Source: Eledone cirrhosa (Eukaryota). Taken from it: DNA of 64,000 nt. Both the position numbers and the translations under genes were made by a program. Of the stretch, positions 14,741 through 28,959 are shown piece by piece (positions within the stretch are counted from its first letter, which is position 1; every line of letters begins with the position of its first letter). The stretch spans positions 19,964,001 through 20,028,000 of the forward strand of contig OZ024745.1 of the NCBI GenBank assembly GCA_964016885.1, in the 5' to 3' direction. The notes beneath the pieces were generated by a model that saw only the letters and a list, made by a program, of their open reading frames with translations, was not told the DNA's origin and searched no databases.

Positions 14741-15848
14741 GTGTATATACAGAGAGAGGGTGGGGGTAAATCTTGGCAGCAGCATCAAGTGGTTTCAGCC
14801 TGTGTGTTCAACCTGAACATACTACAAGCTGAAACCGCTTGGCGCTGCGGATGGAATTTTACCTATCTCTATACCCACTCTGCATCTTCCCATGCATTGA
14901 GTACTCCCATGAGTAGTAGTTTCCCCAGTCTCAGCACTGCAGACTCTCGTTTTGTAGAAGTGTGTGTAATAGTTTGTGTAGGTAGCATTTAACCCTTTCG
15001 ATACCAACTCCACTGAAACCGTACCTGATTCTATGATGAAAAACCATTTGTTTTAAAGCGTGTATGTGTAAATTTAAACCTTCCATTATAATTTTATCTA
15101 AGAACTTTTATGTTCTAAACACTAATTTAATAATGAGAAAGTTATATTACTAAACCTCTCCACATCTATTATTCTAAACATTAATTGAAAATCATATGCA
15201 ATTTTTAAAAAATTAGAATCAAGGTATTGAAAAGGTAACAAAAAGTAAGAGGCTGAATCTTTGTAATACACCATTTATGAAATGGTAGATGCCAGATGTG
15301 TTATTGTACTCTAAACATAGATTTTGTGACCTAAGAGTGAGTTTATCATTCTACTCCAAACATAGGAGATTTAGTGACTTAGGAGGGAGTTTATTATTGT
15401 ACTCTAAATACAGGAGATTTAGTGACCTAGGACGGAGATTGCTAGCCAGTATTTTGTATTGTTTCTTAAAGTAGTGTTAAGAAGTTTTTTATATGTTGGT
15501 AACTTCACATTAGGGAAATGTAATTCAGGTAAAGGGAGTAATGTAATTTTTTTTAACAAATGTTACTGGTACTTTATTTTATTGACCCCATAAGGACGAA
15601 AGGCAAAGTTAACCTTAGCAGGATTTGAACTCAGAGTATCTGGTACATTTATTAAAATTACAACAATGCATTGTTAGTAATTGTTCGGTATATAGTGTAG
15701 TGTAATTTTTGTCTCCTAGCTAATTTCAAATATCACACAGTTTTGTTATCAGTGTGATACAATTGTGAAATTTGTTATTTTAAATTATTGTTAAGCCTTT
15801 GAAATATATTTTTGTCCATTACAAAATTCTTTTCTTTTTTTTTTTCAG

Positions 15849-15889
15849 GTAAAAATCTTTATAATAATGAACATGTTGCAATTAAGCTG
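15849..15889 (+). CDS. CSNK1G: Casein kinase 1 gamma (gilgamesh), internal 41-bp coding exon
   Basis: Long polypyrimidine tract with CAG acceptor and GTGAGT donor; translates (G)KNLYNNEHVAIKL, the CK1-gamma subdomain II containing the VAIK lysine. Confidence 0.95.
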
Positions 15890-18632
15890 GTGAGTGTTCA
15901 TTTGTTTATTACCTTAGTTTATTAATACAGTTGAAATTCTTGACAATTAAATCTAATTGTAATTTCCCATACAACATAATATTTGCACTTTTCCAAACTA
16001 TCATAATGATCACTTATATACTTATATATACTTTAAAAAAAAAACTCTGATGTTCCAACCTTTTCTCTTTCTTTTTCTCTGAACTCTTTCCATTTCCTAA
16101 AAGAAGGATTTATGTTCTTCCTAAATGTGAAACTAATAAGACTTTGTTTTTGCATCTCCGTGTTTGTCTTGTTATTTCTTCTCTCTCTCTCTCAACACCC
16201 CCCTCTCTCTCTATCACCCCCTCTCTCTCTATCACCCCCCTCTCTCTCACCCCCTCTCTCTTTCTCTCTCTCCACCCTCATTGTGTCTCACTTCCTAAAT
16301 ACAGTTCTAAACACTTTACTGAGTTCTTTCTTCTGACTTGGTCTATGTAGATCCAGCCAATCCTTGCTAGCAGAGAAAGCTGACGTTAAACATTCATGAT
16401 GATGATTATGAAATGCAACTTGCTGGAACACCCTACCTATTTACATTATCATCGTCATTGTCGTTTTATTGTCTGCTTTTCCAGCTAGTAAGGGTTGGAC
16501 GAGTCTACATAGACCAAGTCAGTACTGAAGCAGAGCTACTGATCTCCCAGATCAGCCAGGGATCGGTGTCTTGTTATGTATGGTCTCACATTCCACTGAG
16601 TACACAAAAGAGGTTGTCATGTCTTTGACATAACTGAGTGGTCCTCCCAACTCTTTGTTTGGCAAGCTTTCTACATCAGGATGCCCTTCCTATCACCAAC
16701 CACTTTACAGCCTGTACCAGGCACGTTTATCATGTAGATCACCAACACTAGGGAGGTTGTCATGTCCTTAACATGACTGAGGGGTCCTTCCAGCCCATTG
16801 TTTGGTGAGAATTTCATGGCTGGATACCCTTCCTATCAACAACCACTTTACAGCCTGTACTGAGTGTGTTTATCTTGCAGCTGCCATTTATGGTCATTGT
16901 TCTTCCTTCTCAGACTAAATAATATTAATAAACAAGAACAGAATACAAAGATGTTATTTTTAACCATTTTCTTACCAAATTTCCTGAAACTATCCTAGTT
17001 TTAACAAGACAAAGCTGTTTGTTTTTAATCTAAAAAAAAAACTATCATAATTTTATGTCAGAACGTTTGTCATGTTCAAAATACCAGCTTAAAGAGAAAG
17101 CTAGTTTTGTTTTTTATTAAATCCCACCAGATTCTTGATTATTTTCAAAATTATTTGAAAATTATAGGCAGTGTCTTTCATTAGAAATATGGCAAAAACT
17201 GTCAAGATGTCATAGGAAGAAAGTCAAGTGAGGATGAGCAAAGAAAAAAAAGTTAATTTATTGTGAACTATTTTATGTTGGCATTAAAAATGTTTTTAAT
17301 GCTGTGCATAGCTAATTTTTATATTATAATCAGATAATTTTTGATATATGAATGTGTTGTTGTGATCTTTAAATGTGGTGCTCTGACATGCAAGCATAGG
17401 TTAATCAATAAAAGTTACTGAACTGATGTTGATAAAGGTTGGTAAGGTGGGATAAATTGATAATAATGAGGATTATGATAATGATTTCATTTATTGGCCA
17501 CGATTATGATAATGAAAACATGTATGTAATATGTTAAACATCCTGGGGTTTTCTTTGTATGTAAAGTAGTAATGTTTTCAAATGGACCTAACCTGTATAA
17601 TTATTACAAACTGTTTGGGAATCTCTGTATTTAGAGCTTATAATTTATTTCATCTAAATGTTGACAATGAAAAGTTGTTGGAGTTGATCCATCTTAGTTT
17701 TCTCTTTAAAATACTTCACCAAAGTATAAAGTTTTTAAAATGTTTTTATCAGATTTAATGATTAAAATAGATTTCCTTTTCAGTTACTCCATGCTTATCA
17801 ATTTTTGAGATCCCAGCTTTATTAAATTTTGCTAATCTATGGCGAAATTTTAAGTGGGTAGTAGTATTCCTGTGATAATTTTCTTTAGACATTAAAAAAC
17901 ATTATACATGGCAAAAAAAAAAAATTTATAAGAAATCTCATGTTATAAAATAAATAGGATGGTTTAGGGTCTCACTATGTAAACTAAATGTCTAATTCTG
18001 CTTTAAAAAAAAAAATCAAGTAAGGCAACCATTAAAAATTAACCCCCCCCCCCCCCCCATTATTGGGGACCTGAGACTTGACACAATATCTTTTTGCAGT
18101 GATAGGTAGAAGCAATTAATTATTGATAATAGAAAGAGAGCAAAATTAAATCTCATAATCTTGCTTTTAACGAATTCCACCAGCTTTATGACATTGATGA
18201 TCTAAATGAGTTATTATTTCTTTGAACTCAACACTAAGATAGTATTTTCAGGACAGAGTGATAAAAATATGGAATCTATCCCTACGATATTACTGGTATT
18301 TAATTATGTCGACTCAGGATTTGAGATGAATGACAATGTTAGAAAACATATTTTGAAAACAAGTTTTGTTTTAGATTATTATGATATAAATGGTTGTGGA
18401 TTGGCAGTATCTGTGGAGTATCAGACAACATGTTGTGAGTTCAAATTTTGCCACGGTTAGCTTTGCCTTTCACCCTTACAGGTGTTAATAAAATAAAATG
18501 CCAGTAATGCACTGGGGTTGATTTAATCAACTCTTCCTCTCCTCTAAAATTGTTGGCCTTGTGCCTAAATCAGAAACCATTATATTAATCATTATATAGA
18601 AATCATTATATTAATAAACACATAAATATAAA

Positions 18633-18825
18633 GGGCGGTGGCTTGGCAGTATCGGTAGAGGGTCGGACACCATGCTTTGCAGCAAAGAGTTACGGCCCTT
18701 TATGGTCTGAGTTCAAATCCGGCCGAGGTTAACTTTGCCTTTCATCCTTACGGGGTCGATAACATAAAGTACCAGTAATACACTGGGATAATTGCTGGCC
18801 TTGTGCCAAAAGTAGAAACAATTAT
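18633..18825 (+). mobile_element. tRNA-derived SINE family A, full length
   Basis: GGGCGGTGGCTTGGCAGTATCGGTAGAG...GAGTTCAAATCC...CCTTTCATCCTTACGGGGTCGAT...GGCCTTGTGCCAAAAGTAGAAACAATTAT; older copy at 18392-18582 and truncated copy at 19067-19175. Confidence 0.9.
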
Positions 18826-19916
18826 ATATCAATAATCTTTACTAACAATTACTCATTGAATCTCCATATGGTTTCTGGTGTTTATACCTCGTATTTAGTT
18901 GTTTTCAAAGCAAACCAACTGGTTTTACTTCATTTATTTAGGAATTGTGACATTTTAGAAATGTGAACACTACTTTTATACAATTTGAAAATTAATTCTA
19001 AAATATTGTATTTGCTTTTGCTTATTTAGATATCATTTCCTGCTAAATTTTCTTCAATCAGAGGTTTCCGCCGAGGTTGACTTTGCCTTTCATCCTTACG
19101 GGGGTCGATAAAATAAAGTACCAGTAATGCACTGGGTAATTGCTGGCCTTGTGCCTAAAGTAGAAACAATTATTACTCTTAACAGAGTAATAATAACCCA
19201 AGAATTTTTATTTAATACATGAATGTGGTGTTTGGAATACAACTTAACAAAGGGTTCTTAAATAAATCTGTTGTGTACTTTTTGTTTCAAAACTATTATT
19301 TACAGGTAAACATAAATTCCACACAATTTAAAATTATTTAAATTTTGTTTGAATATCATATAAAATGAATAATTAAGCAGTATCGAACTAGGCATAAAAT
19401 GGAATTATAATATAAAAGAATTCTACACACTTAATTGGATTTTTACTTGAACTTGAACACATAAAATATAAAACAGCTGCTGCAATGAGGAAAGTGAAAT
19501 AGACTGAATTGGTGGAATATCTGTTTAGAGAAAACTACATGACACATATGTGCATACATATGTATACATGCATGTACACACAAACACTCTCACTAAACTA
19601 CAAGATGAAATATATCCATATGCACATGCACACACACGCACATATGCACACACACACACACACACACATACAAATACACACACATACAAACACACACAAA
19701 CACACACAAACAAACATACACATACACACATAAATACACAGGCACACATAAACATGCACATGAATGCACACATAAATAAACATACATGAATACACATCAT
19801 CTTCATCATTGTCATTTTAATGCCTGCTTTCTCTGCTAGCAAGGGTTGGATGGGTCTACATAGACTAAGTCAGTACTGAAGTGGTGGCTACTGATCTCCC
19901 ACAGAAGCCAGGGATG

Positions 19917-22900
19917 CATAATTACACACACATAACTACACACACACAACCACACACACACACATAACTACACTCACACATAACTACACACACACAACCA
20001 CACACACACACATAACTACACTTACACATAACTACACACACACATAACTACACTTACACATAACTACACACACACATAACTACACTCACACATAACTACA
20101 CTCACACATAACTACACTCACACATAACTACACTCACACATAACTACACTCACACATAACTACACTCACACATAACTACACTCACACATAACTACACTCA
20201 CACATAACTACTCCCACATAACTACACTCACACATAACTACACTCACACATAACTACACTCACACATAACTACACTTACACATAACTACACTCACACATA
20301 ACTACACTCACACATAACTACACTTACACATAACTACACTTACACATAACTACACCTACACATAACTTCACCTACACATAACTACACCTACACATAACTT
20401 CACCTACACATAACTACACTCACACATAACTACACTCACACATAACTACACTCACACATAACTACACCTACACATAACTACACCTACACATAACTACACC
20501 TACACATAACTACACCTACACATAACTTCACCTACACATAACTTCACTTACACATAACTTCACTTACACATAACTTCACCTACACATAACTACACGTACA
20601 CATAACTACACCTACACATAACTTCACCTACACATAACTACACCTACACATAACTACACCTACACATAACTTCACCTACACATAACTACACCTACACATA
20701 ACTACACCTACACATAACTACACCTACACATAACTACACCTACACATAACTACACCTACACATAACTTCACCTACACATAACTTCACCTACACATAACTT
20801 CACCTACACATAACTACACTCACACATAACTTCACCTACACATAACTTCACCTACACATAACTACACTTACACATAACTACACCTACACATAACTACACC
20901 TACACATAACTACACCTACACATAACTTCACCTACACATAACTACACTCACACATAACTTCACCTACACATAACTTCACCTACACATAACTACACCTACA
21001 CATAACTACACCTACACATAACTTCACCTACACATAACTACACCTACACATAACTACACCTACACATAACTACACCTACACATAACTTCACCTACACATA
21101 ACTTCACCTACACATAACTTCACCTACACATAACTACACTCACACATAACTTCACCTACACATAACTTCACCTACACATAACTACACTTACACATAACTA
21201 CACCTACACATAACTACACCTACACATAATTACACCTACACATAACTACACCTACACATAACTTCACCTACACATAACTACACTCACACATAACTACACT
21301 CACACATAACTTCACCTACACATAACTTCACCTACACATAACTTCACCTACACATAACTACACCTACACATAACTACACCTACACATAACTTCACCTACA
21401 CATAACTACACCTACACATAACTACACCTACACATAACTTCACCTACACATAACTTCACCTACACATAACTACACTCACACATAACTACACTCACACATA
21501 ACTACACCTACACATAACTTCACCTACACATAACTTCACCTACACATAACTACACTCACACATAACTTCACCTACACATAACTTCACCTACACATAACTA
21601 CACTTACACATAACTACACCTACACATAACTACACCTACACATAACTACACCTACACATAACTTCACCTACACATAACTACACTCACACATAACTACACT
21701 CACACATAACTTCACCTACACATAACTTCACCTACACATAACTTCACCTACACATAACTACACCTACACATAACTACACCTACACATAACTACACCTACA
21801 CATAACTTCACCTACACATAACTTCACCTACACATAACTACACTCACACATAACTACACCTACACATAACTTCACCTACACATAACTTCACCTACACATA
21901 ACTACACTCACACATAACTACACCTACACATAACTTCACCTACACATAACTTCACCTACACATAACTACACCTACACATAACTTCACCTACACATAACTA
22001 CACCTACACATAACTTCACCTACACATAACTACACCTACACATAACTACACCTACACATAACTTCACCTACACATAACTTCACCTACACATAACTACACC
22101 TACACATAACTTCACCTACACATAACTACACCTACACATAACTACACTCACACATAACTACACTCACACATAACTACACTCACACATAACTACACTTACA
22201 CATAACTACACCTACACATAACTACACCTACACATAACTTCACCTACACATAACTACACTTACACATAACTTCACCTACACATAACTACACCTACACATA
22301 ACTACACCTACACATAACTACACCTACACATAACTACACCTACACATAACTTCACCTACACATAACTACACTTACACATAACTACACCTACACATAACTG
22401 CACCTACACATAACTTCACCTACACATAACTACACCTACACATAACTTCACCTACACATAACTACACCTACACATAACTTCACCTACACATAACTACACC
22501 TACACATAACTTCACCTACACATAACTACACCTACACATAACTTCACCTACACATAACTTCACCTACACATAACTACACCTACACATAACTTCACCTACA
22601 CATAACTACACCTACACATAACTTCACCTACACATAACTACACCTACACATAACTACACCTACACATAACTTCACCTACACATAACTACACCTACACATA
22701 ACTTCACCTACACATAACTACACCTACACATAACTACACCTACACATAACTACACCTACACATAACTTCACCTACACATAACTACACCTACACATAACTT
22801 CACCTACACATAACTACACCTACACATAACTACACCTACACATAACTACACCTACACATAACTTCACCTACACATAACTACACCTACACATAACTTCACC

Positions 22901-23685
22901 TACACATAACTACACCTACACATAACTACACCTACACATAACTACACCTACACATAACTTCACCTACACATAACTACACCTACACATAACTTCACCTACA
23001 CATAACTACACCTACACATAACTACACCTACACATAACTACACCTACACATAACTACACCTACACATAACTACACCTACACATAACTACACCTACACATA
23101 ACTACACCTACACATAACTTCACCTACACATAACTACACCTACACATAACTTCACCTACACATAACTACACTTACACATAACTACACCTACACATAACTA
23201 CACTCACACATAACTACACTTACACATAACTACACCTACACATAACTACACTCACACATAACTACACTTACACATAACTACACCTACACATAACTACACC
23301 TACACATAACTACACCTACACATAACTACACCTACACATAACTACACCTACACATAACTTCACCTACACATAACTTCACCTACACATAACTTCACCTACA
23401 CATAACTTCACCTACACATAACTACACTCACACATAACTACACTTACACATAACTACACCTACACATAACTACACCTACACATAACTACACCTACACATA
23501 ACTACACCTACACATAACTACACCTACACATAACTACACCTACACATAACTTCACCTACACATAACTTCACCTACACATAACTTCACCTACACATAACTA
23601 CACTCACACATAACTACACTCACACATAACTACACCTACACATAACTACACTCACACATAACTACACCTACACATAACTACACCC
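19917..23685. repeat. 16-bp minisatellite (ACTACACCTACACATA)n, about 235 copies
   Basis: Continuous 16-bp period with variant units ACTAC/ACTTC and ACCTA/ACTCA/ACTTA. Confidence 0.97.
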
Positions 23686-24184
23686 AATAATGATTCATTA
23701 ATCATAATTGCACTAACCTTACCTGTAAATAATATAATAGATAAGATAAATTTGAAATTTGAAGATTTAAAAAAAAAAAAAATAAAATTCCATTCTGCCT
23801 AATCCAATCTCGCAGAAAACACATTGAAAACTTATTTCAATTGGCCATGCACTAGCTTTTCTTTTTTGATGCTGGCATTCTTGGTATTGCTATTTTGAAC
23901 CTTTACCCCCCCCCCCCCCCCCCACACACACACACATTTTATGTAGATTAGATGAATTCAGAGGGATATCTCCTGACAGGTTTTTAACTTTCTACCAACA
24001 GTTATAATTTAAAAAGTATATAAATATATATATATTTCGTTGACAAATATATCAATATGCCCAGACATGTAGATATATTGCCGTTGGTATGACAGTGTGG
24101 TTTTAGCTCAATGTAGGATAACTAGTATACTACAGAGCCGTTATAGTTATAGGAATAACCAAAGAGTGCTTAGAAATACATTGT

Positions 24185-24243
24185 TTTATTAGCTAACAGT
24201 GTTTCATCCATACACCATGGCAGGAATCCTCAGAGCCTATAAA
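24185..24243 (-). ncRNA. Type I hammerhead ribozyme motif, possibly degenerate, inside (TA)n-flanked element 24035-24392
   Basis: Minus strand: TTTATAGGCT-CTGAGGA-TTCC...GGAT-GAAAC-ACT-GTT^AGCTAATAAA; stem I pairs 9 of 10, stem II is closed by a U-U mismatch. Confidence 0.6.
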
Positions 24244-24486
24244 CATGAGTATATCAGTAGTTGCATGCTCCATCGGACTGCGTCACCAGAACAAGGTTAA
24301 ATGACCAGCAGGGGGGTCCCGAGGCCAGCGCTATATGGAAAAAGACAGAATACATGATGCACACAATGTCATAAAATGTCATAAAAGTTTAAATATATAT
24401 ATATATATATATATATATCAAGGGCGGTGCCCTAGCATGGCCTCAGCCAGATGGCTGGAACAGGTAAAAGAGTATATATATATGAT

Positions 24487-24771
24487 GGATGCACGTGGCT
24501 TAGTGGTTAGAGCATTGGCCTTACAATCAAAATGTTGTGAGTTCAATTCTCAGACCAGGTGATGTGTTGTTTCCTTGAGCAAGACACTTTATTTCACATT
24601 GCTCCAGTTTACTCAGCTGTAGAAATGAGATGATAGGACTAGGGTCCCTATCATTCCACTGCAAAGTGGTCGTGTAGGTGCCACAGCAAAAAAGCACCCA
24701 GCACTCACTGTAAATGAGGTTGGTGTTAGAAAGGGTGAAAAAGCGGACGTAAAATGAAATGATGATGATGA
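24487..24771 (+). mobile_element. SINE family B, internally deleted near the 3' end
   Basis: tRNA-like head, CCTTGAGCAAGACACTT domain and GCGGACGTAAAA(TGA)n tail; reverse match to 8847-9181. Confidence 0.88.
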
Positions 24772-24859
24772 GGATATCCCTTACCTATGGTCATGAATTT
24801 TGGGTAATGTTACTGGGTTATATTACTAAACCTCTCCACATCTATTTAAAGAATATGAT

Positions 24860-25240
24860 CACAAATACAAGCGGCCACAATCGGGTTCTTGCGAAGGGTC
24901 TTAGGAGTAACATTACTCGATAAAGTGCGTAGCTCAGAGACCAGATGGTCACTCAAGGGGGAGCTGCTACTTCTCTGAATTGGAAGATCACAGTTCCGAT
25001 ACTATTGACCTGTGGTTAGAATGTTTCAGGAAAGGATCGCTGGGCAGATTTTACAGGCAGGAGACCCTTGGGTAGACCCTGAGCAAGACTGTTGGATAAC
25101 ATCCATGAACTTGGATGTTCTTGCTTGGGGATCCAGCTGGATAAATTAGAGACAGTTGCTTCTAACAGAGCCCGCTGGAAGGAGTGTTTGAAGACTCTGT
25201 CCACACGACTCTCCGAAGAATAAGTGGACAAAGAAGATAT
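24860..25240 (+). mobile_element. Degenerate RTE (Expander/Rex3-like) LINE, 3' fragment
   Basis: Translates to GFLRRVLGVTLLDKVRSS...LETVASNRARWKECLKTL, with internal stops. Confidence 0.75.
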
Positions 25241-27463
25241 ATCCCTTGTCCTGAACAGCATTGCTGCATATGCTTGAAAATGCTGATGGTTGCAGCATGT
25301 TTTAATCTATTGCAATTTAGTTTATAGTAAAAAGAAAAAAACATTTATAATACCCATCATCATCACTGTTTTACGTTTGATTTTCCATGTTTGAATGGTT
25401 GGACAGGTTATTACATTGATGTGGAAAAAATAACCAAAAATTTAGAGAACACAAATTTTACAATAAAATATGTCTGATGTCTAACTATAGTGTCTATCTA
25501 GGGAAGTTCCTTGCTATCATGGACATAGTAATGAGAATTGGATTCATATTCTCATTTAAATGTACGTAGGTTAGGCTTCTGTCTGTTACTGCTACCATGT
25601 AACCCAGTACAACCTGCTTCATGGTTGAGTGGTTGGCAACTAAACAAGCTCTCCCACCAGATCCACAAAAAAAACAAACAAACAAAAAAGAACAGCTGTT
25701 AAAAAGGCAGATGAACTCAATTGGCCAAGTGTAGTGAGTACAGCTACACCTCTGACATGACCAAAACCAAACAGTGGTGAGGGTCATCCAGGGAGGGTTT
25801 CCTTCAGCAGGAGCGAGAAGGCCCTGGATTGGGTTGGAGGTTATTTCAGCCAGTTTTGGGCAGGTGGATAATGAAAAGGTTAATGTCTCAGGCATTTTTA
25901 TTTCCTGTAGTTTTGTTGCATTTCTTAAGCTTTATATCCATATGAGTTATTAGAGCAGTTATTTTTAATGCCAACCACTAAACTATGAAGTGAGTAAGAT
26001 TGGCATCTATTCTCAGCAGGTAAACTAAAAATACCCTTTTCTTAATAAAGGAGGCTCAGTGAACACCCAACACAGACAAAAAATCCCCTTTTGCCTGTCT
26101 CATCTCTCATTCAGCTATCATGTTTCAAGATTACTATAATAAAAAAGATTTTTATGTTATTTTTGTTGTTGTTGTTGAAAGTAATACTTGTATTACTGTA
26201 AAAGTAAATGTTAAAAGAAAACTAGAATCAAAGCAGTGTTTTATAATTTTCTTTGTTAATCTTGTTTTAATCAACCAATTTGAGAGCAAATCTCTTGAAA
26301 CAGGCTCTGGTTCTATAATGATACAAAACTACTTTTGAAATATTCGTATTTATCTAAAAACCTTCCATCATAATTCTTTTTGTAAGAACGTTTGTTAAGT
26401 TATATTCCAAACACCAACTTAATAATGAGAAAGTTGCTGTATATACAAGAATATAAGCTGAGGAATATGTAACCAAAAACAAAATGGGGGATTCATATGT
26501 GTTGATTAGCTAACTCGGCTTATAAACAGGGTTTGAATTTTTGCCCATTTCTCAGACATCAAATAGGAGGAGTCGGTGGCTTATATTTGAGTATATACGG
26601 TAGTTACATTACTAAATCCCTCCAAATTCTTGATGATTTCAAATCTATTTGAAAATCATAGGCACTGTCACTTCAAAATATAGTAATGAATGGAATATAA
26701 ATGTCTATTCTGGTGGAAATATAACTTTGAACATATAAGAAATGTAAGAAATGCATAGTAATAACTATTTCTAACATAGGAGACACAATGTTAGAAATTT
26801 GTGTAGGGTTAGTTGATTAAATCAGTCCCGGTACTTGACCTTGGAAGGATGAAAGGCAAAGTTGACCTTGGCGAGATTTGAATTCAGAACAAATACCTCA
26901 ATACTTGCTTAAAATAGAATTTATCACCTTTCTAATGTTGGATGTTGCATACCCTGGAAAAAAGTATTTTGAATAAAGATGTGTATAGACAGGTGTCTCC
27001 AGGTTCTTTGACAGCTGTGTGTCATTATATAATGAAAAATAATAATGAAAATTATTGTGTACAGTGCTCAGGTGCACTACAACTCATCAAAGGTACATAT
27101 ATAGTACATAGAATAATGTACAAAAACACAAATAGGTAAACAGTTAATAAACTAATTTTATGAAACTGAATTTCATATTTATTACATACATATATACATA
27201 AATACCAGTGTAATTTTACTTCCTATGTCAAGATCACATTTTAAACTACACGTTGGGAATCCTTTATTTGAAATTCCTGGGAGTGGAATTGTTTTGGATT
27301 TGGGAATATTTGTATGCCATTCTACAGCATCTATAAAATGGGACAGCTTGGGAATGGAACCCAATCCGAAACAATGTAGAAATCAAGCCAGAATCAGTTC
27401 CCGTCCCACCCTTGTAAGCAGGGAAAAGTGGACGTAAAATGATGATGATGATTATATATATAT

Positions 27464-28257
27464 AAGATTTACATATACACAAAGTCATAGATATATATGT
27501 GGCAACCATTCATGATGTGGCTCAATGAAGAATTAATAAATTAAATAATCAGAGCAATATATCATAAAATATGTCCATAGAATCATTAGATAAAATATAT
27601 ACACTATTTCCTCTCCCAATTAACATAATTAACCACATAAAAAATCAATTAGACCAGGCTATAAGAATAAAGGCTCCTATGAAGAAATATTTGATAAATA
27701 AACTACAGCAGCCTCTTCGCGGCTGACCGCAACAGAATATTTACCCAACATTTCAACAGCATGTAGAAACTGACTAAATATACCATCAACATTTAGGTAT
27801 AAATTTAAAGTTAGAAGAAATGAGTACACTCTTACCGTGATTATGTCTCTACCCTGTGTTTCGTTCGCGTTTTGAGATATCTTATTAAGGATAAATCTCG
27901 AGTATCGAACTCATCAGGGGACAAACTCATAGGACAGTTAATTTTCCAAAGCGATCCCCACCAGAAATAGATTAAAAAATGGCTAAGAATCGTGACATGG
28001 CAGTGGTCAAGCTAGAAAGAATGTGATTAGTTGCTTACGGCGAGTGGGCTGGTTGCTAGAAAGCGCAGCCCAATATTGCTCAAATTGCATCTCAACCTAC
28101 TGGGAGATTATTAAATATAAAGATTTACATATACATAAAGTCATAGATATATATGTGGCTCAATGAAGAATTAATAAATTAAATAATCAGAGCCAATATA
28201 TCATAAATTATGTCCATAGAATCATTAGATAAAATATATACACTATTTCCTCTCCCA
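27464..28257 (-). mobile_element. Retrozyme / Penelope-like non-autonomous element with terminal direct repeat
   Basis: Direct repeats at 27464-27618 and 28120-28257, (TA)n on both sides, internal hammerhead, no ORF. Confidence 0.78.
27844..27923 (-). ncRNA. Type I hammerhead ribozyme
   Basis: Minus strand: TGTCCC-CTGATGA-GTTCG...CGAAC-GAAAC-ACAGG-GTA^GAGACA; stem I pairs 5 of 6, stem II is extended by GAGAT/ATCTC. Confidence 0.82.
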
Positions 28258-28357
28258 CTATTTCCTTTATATATATATATATCGGGAGCTTCCAACAGTA
28301 ATGGTTGCATTCTTTAAGGGTATGTCAATATTTATTTATAAAATTGCTCTATATAAA

Positions 28358-28420
28358 ATTTTATCTGATGAAAGCACACCATAATTTAACTTGGTGTCCT
28401 TGAAATATGTATAATGAAAT
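28358..28420 (+). ncRNA. Type I hammerhead ribozyme inside (TA)n-flanked element 28283-28548
   Basis: ATTTTAT-CTGATGA-AAGCACACCA...TGGTGTCCTT-GAAAT-ATGT-ATA^ATGAAAT; all three stems pair. Confidence 0.8.
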
Positions 28421-28560
28421 ATGGTTTTATAAATATAGTTTCCATTTGTCAATATCGTATTTTTACTCCAATTATTTGTTGAGTGCTTTATATCAGTTAT
28501 AAAAATATTTGCTTGTTGTATCCCAACAATTTAAATAGAACTTTTGCATATATATATATA

Positions 28561-28634
<74 letters not shown>

Positions 28635-28878
28635 TCTATTAACAATTCTCAAAGGAATGTAGAGAATTAAAATTATAGTATGTAATTGCCAGTTTTTAAG
28701 AAAAAGGAATAGCTCAATGTGATTATATTTGAAGAAGAGATATTAGTGTGAAAGAGTGGTTATATAAATACAGAGCAATATAGACAAAGGTATTGATGGA
28801 AAATTATACTTCTTTCATTAAAAAATGATTTTCCATTAATACCTTTGTCTATATTGTCTACACACAGACACACACACA

Positions 28879-28959
28879 CAGGGTGTCCCCTAAAACTGGA
28901 TACACACTTCAACAGCATTCAAATAAAAGTGTGTATTTATTTTTTGGGGGATACCCTGT
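28879..28959. mobile_element. Tiny Tc1/mariner-like MITE
   Basis: Terminal inverted repeats CAGGGTGTCCCC / GGGGATACCCTG, embedded in (CA)n/(TG)n. Confidence 0.65.

Noticed and set aside
18633-18725. tRNA gene-like A and B boxes
   Set aside because: These are SINE heads, followed by the SINE body in many copies; no complete cloverleaf.
19509-19842. ORFs rich in HT/CV/YI/SL dipeptides here and at 4162, 33413, 56985 and 58479
   Set aside because: Translations of dinucleotide or pentanucleotide microsatellites.
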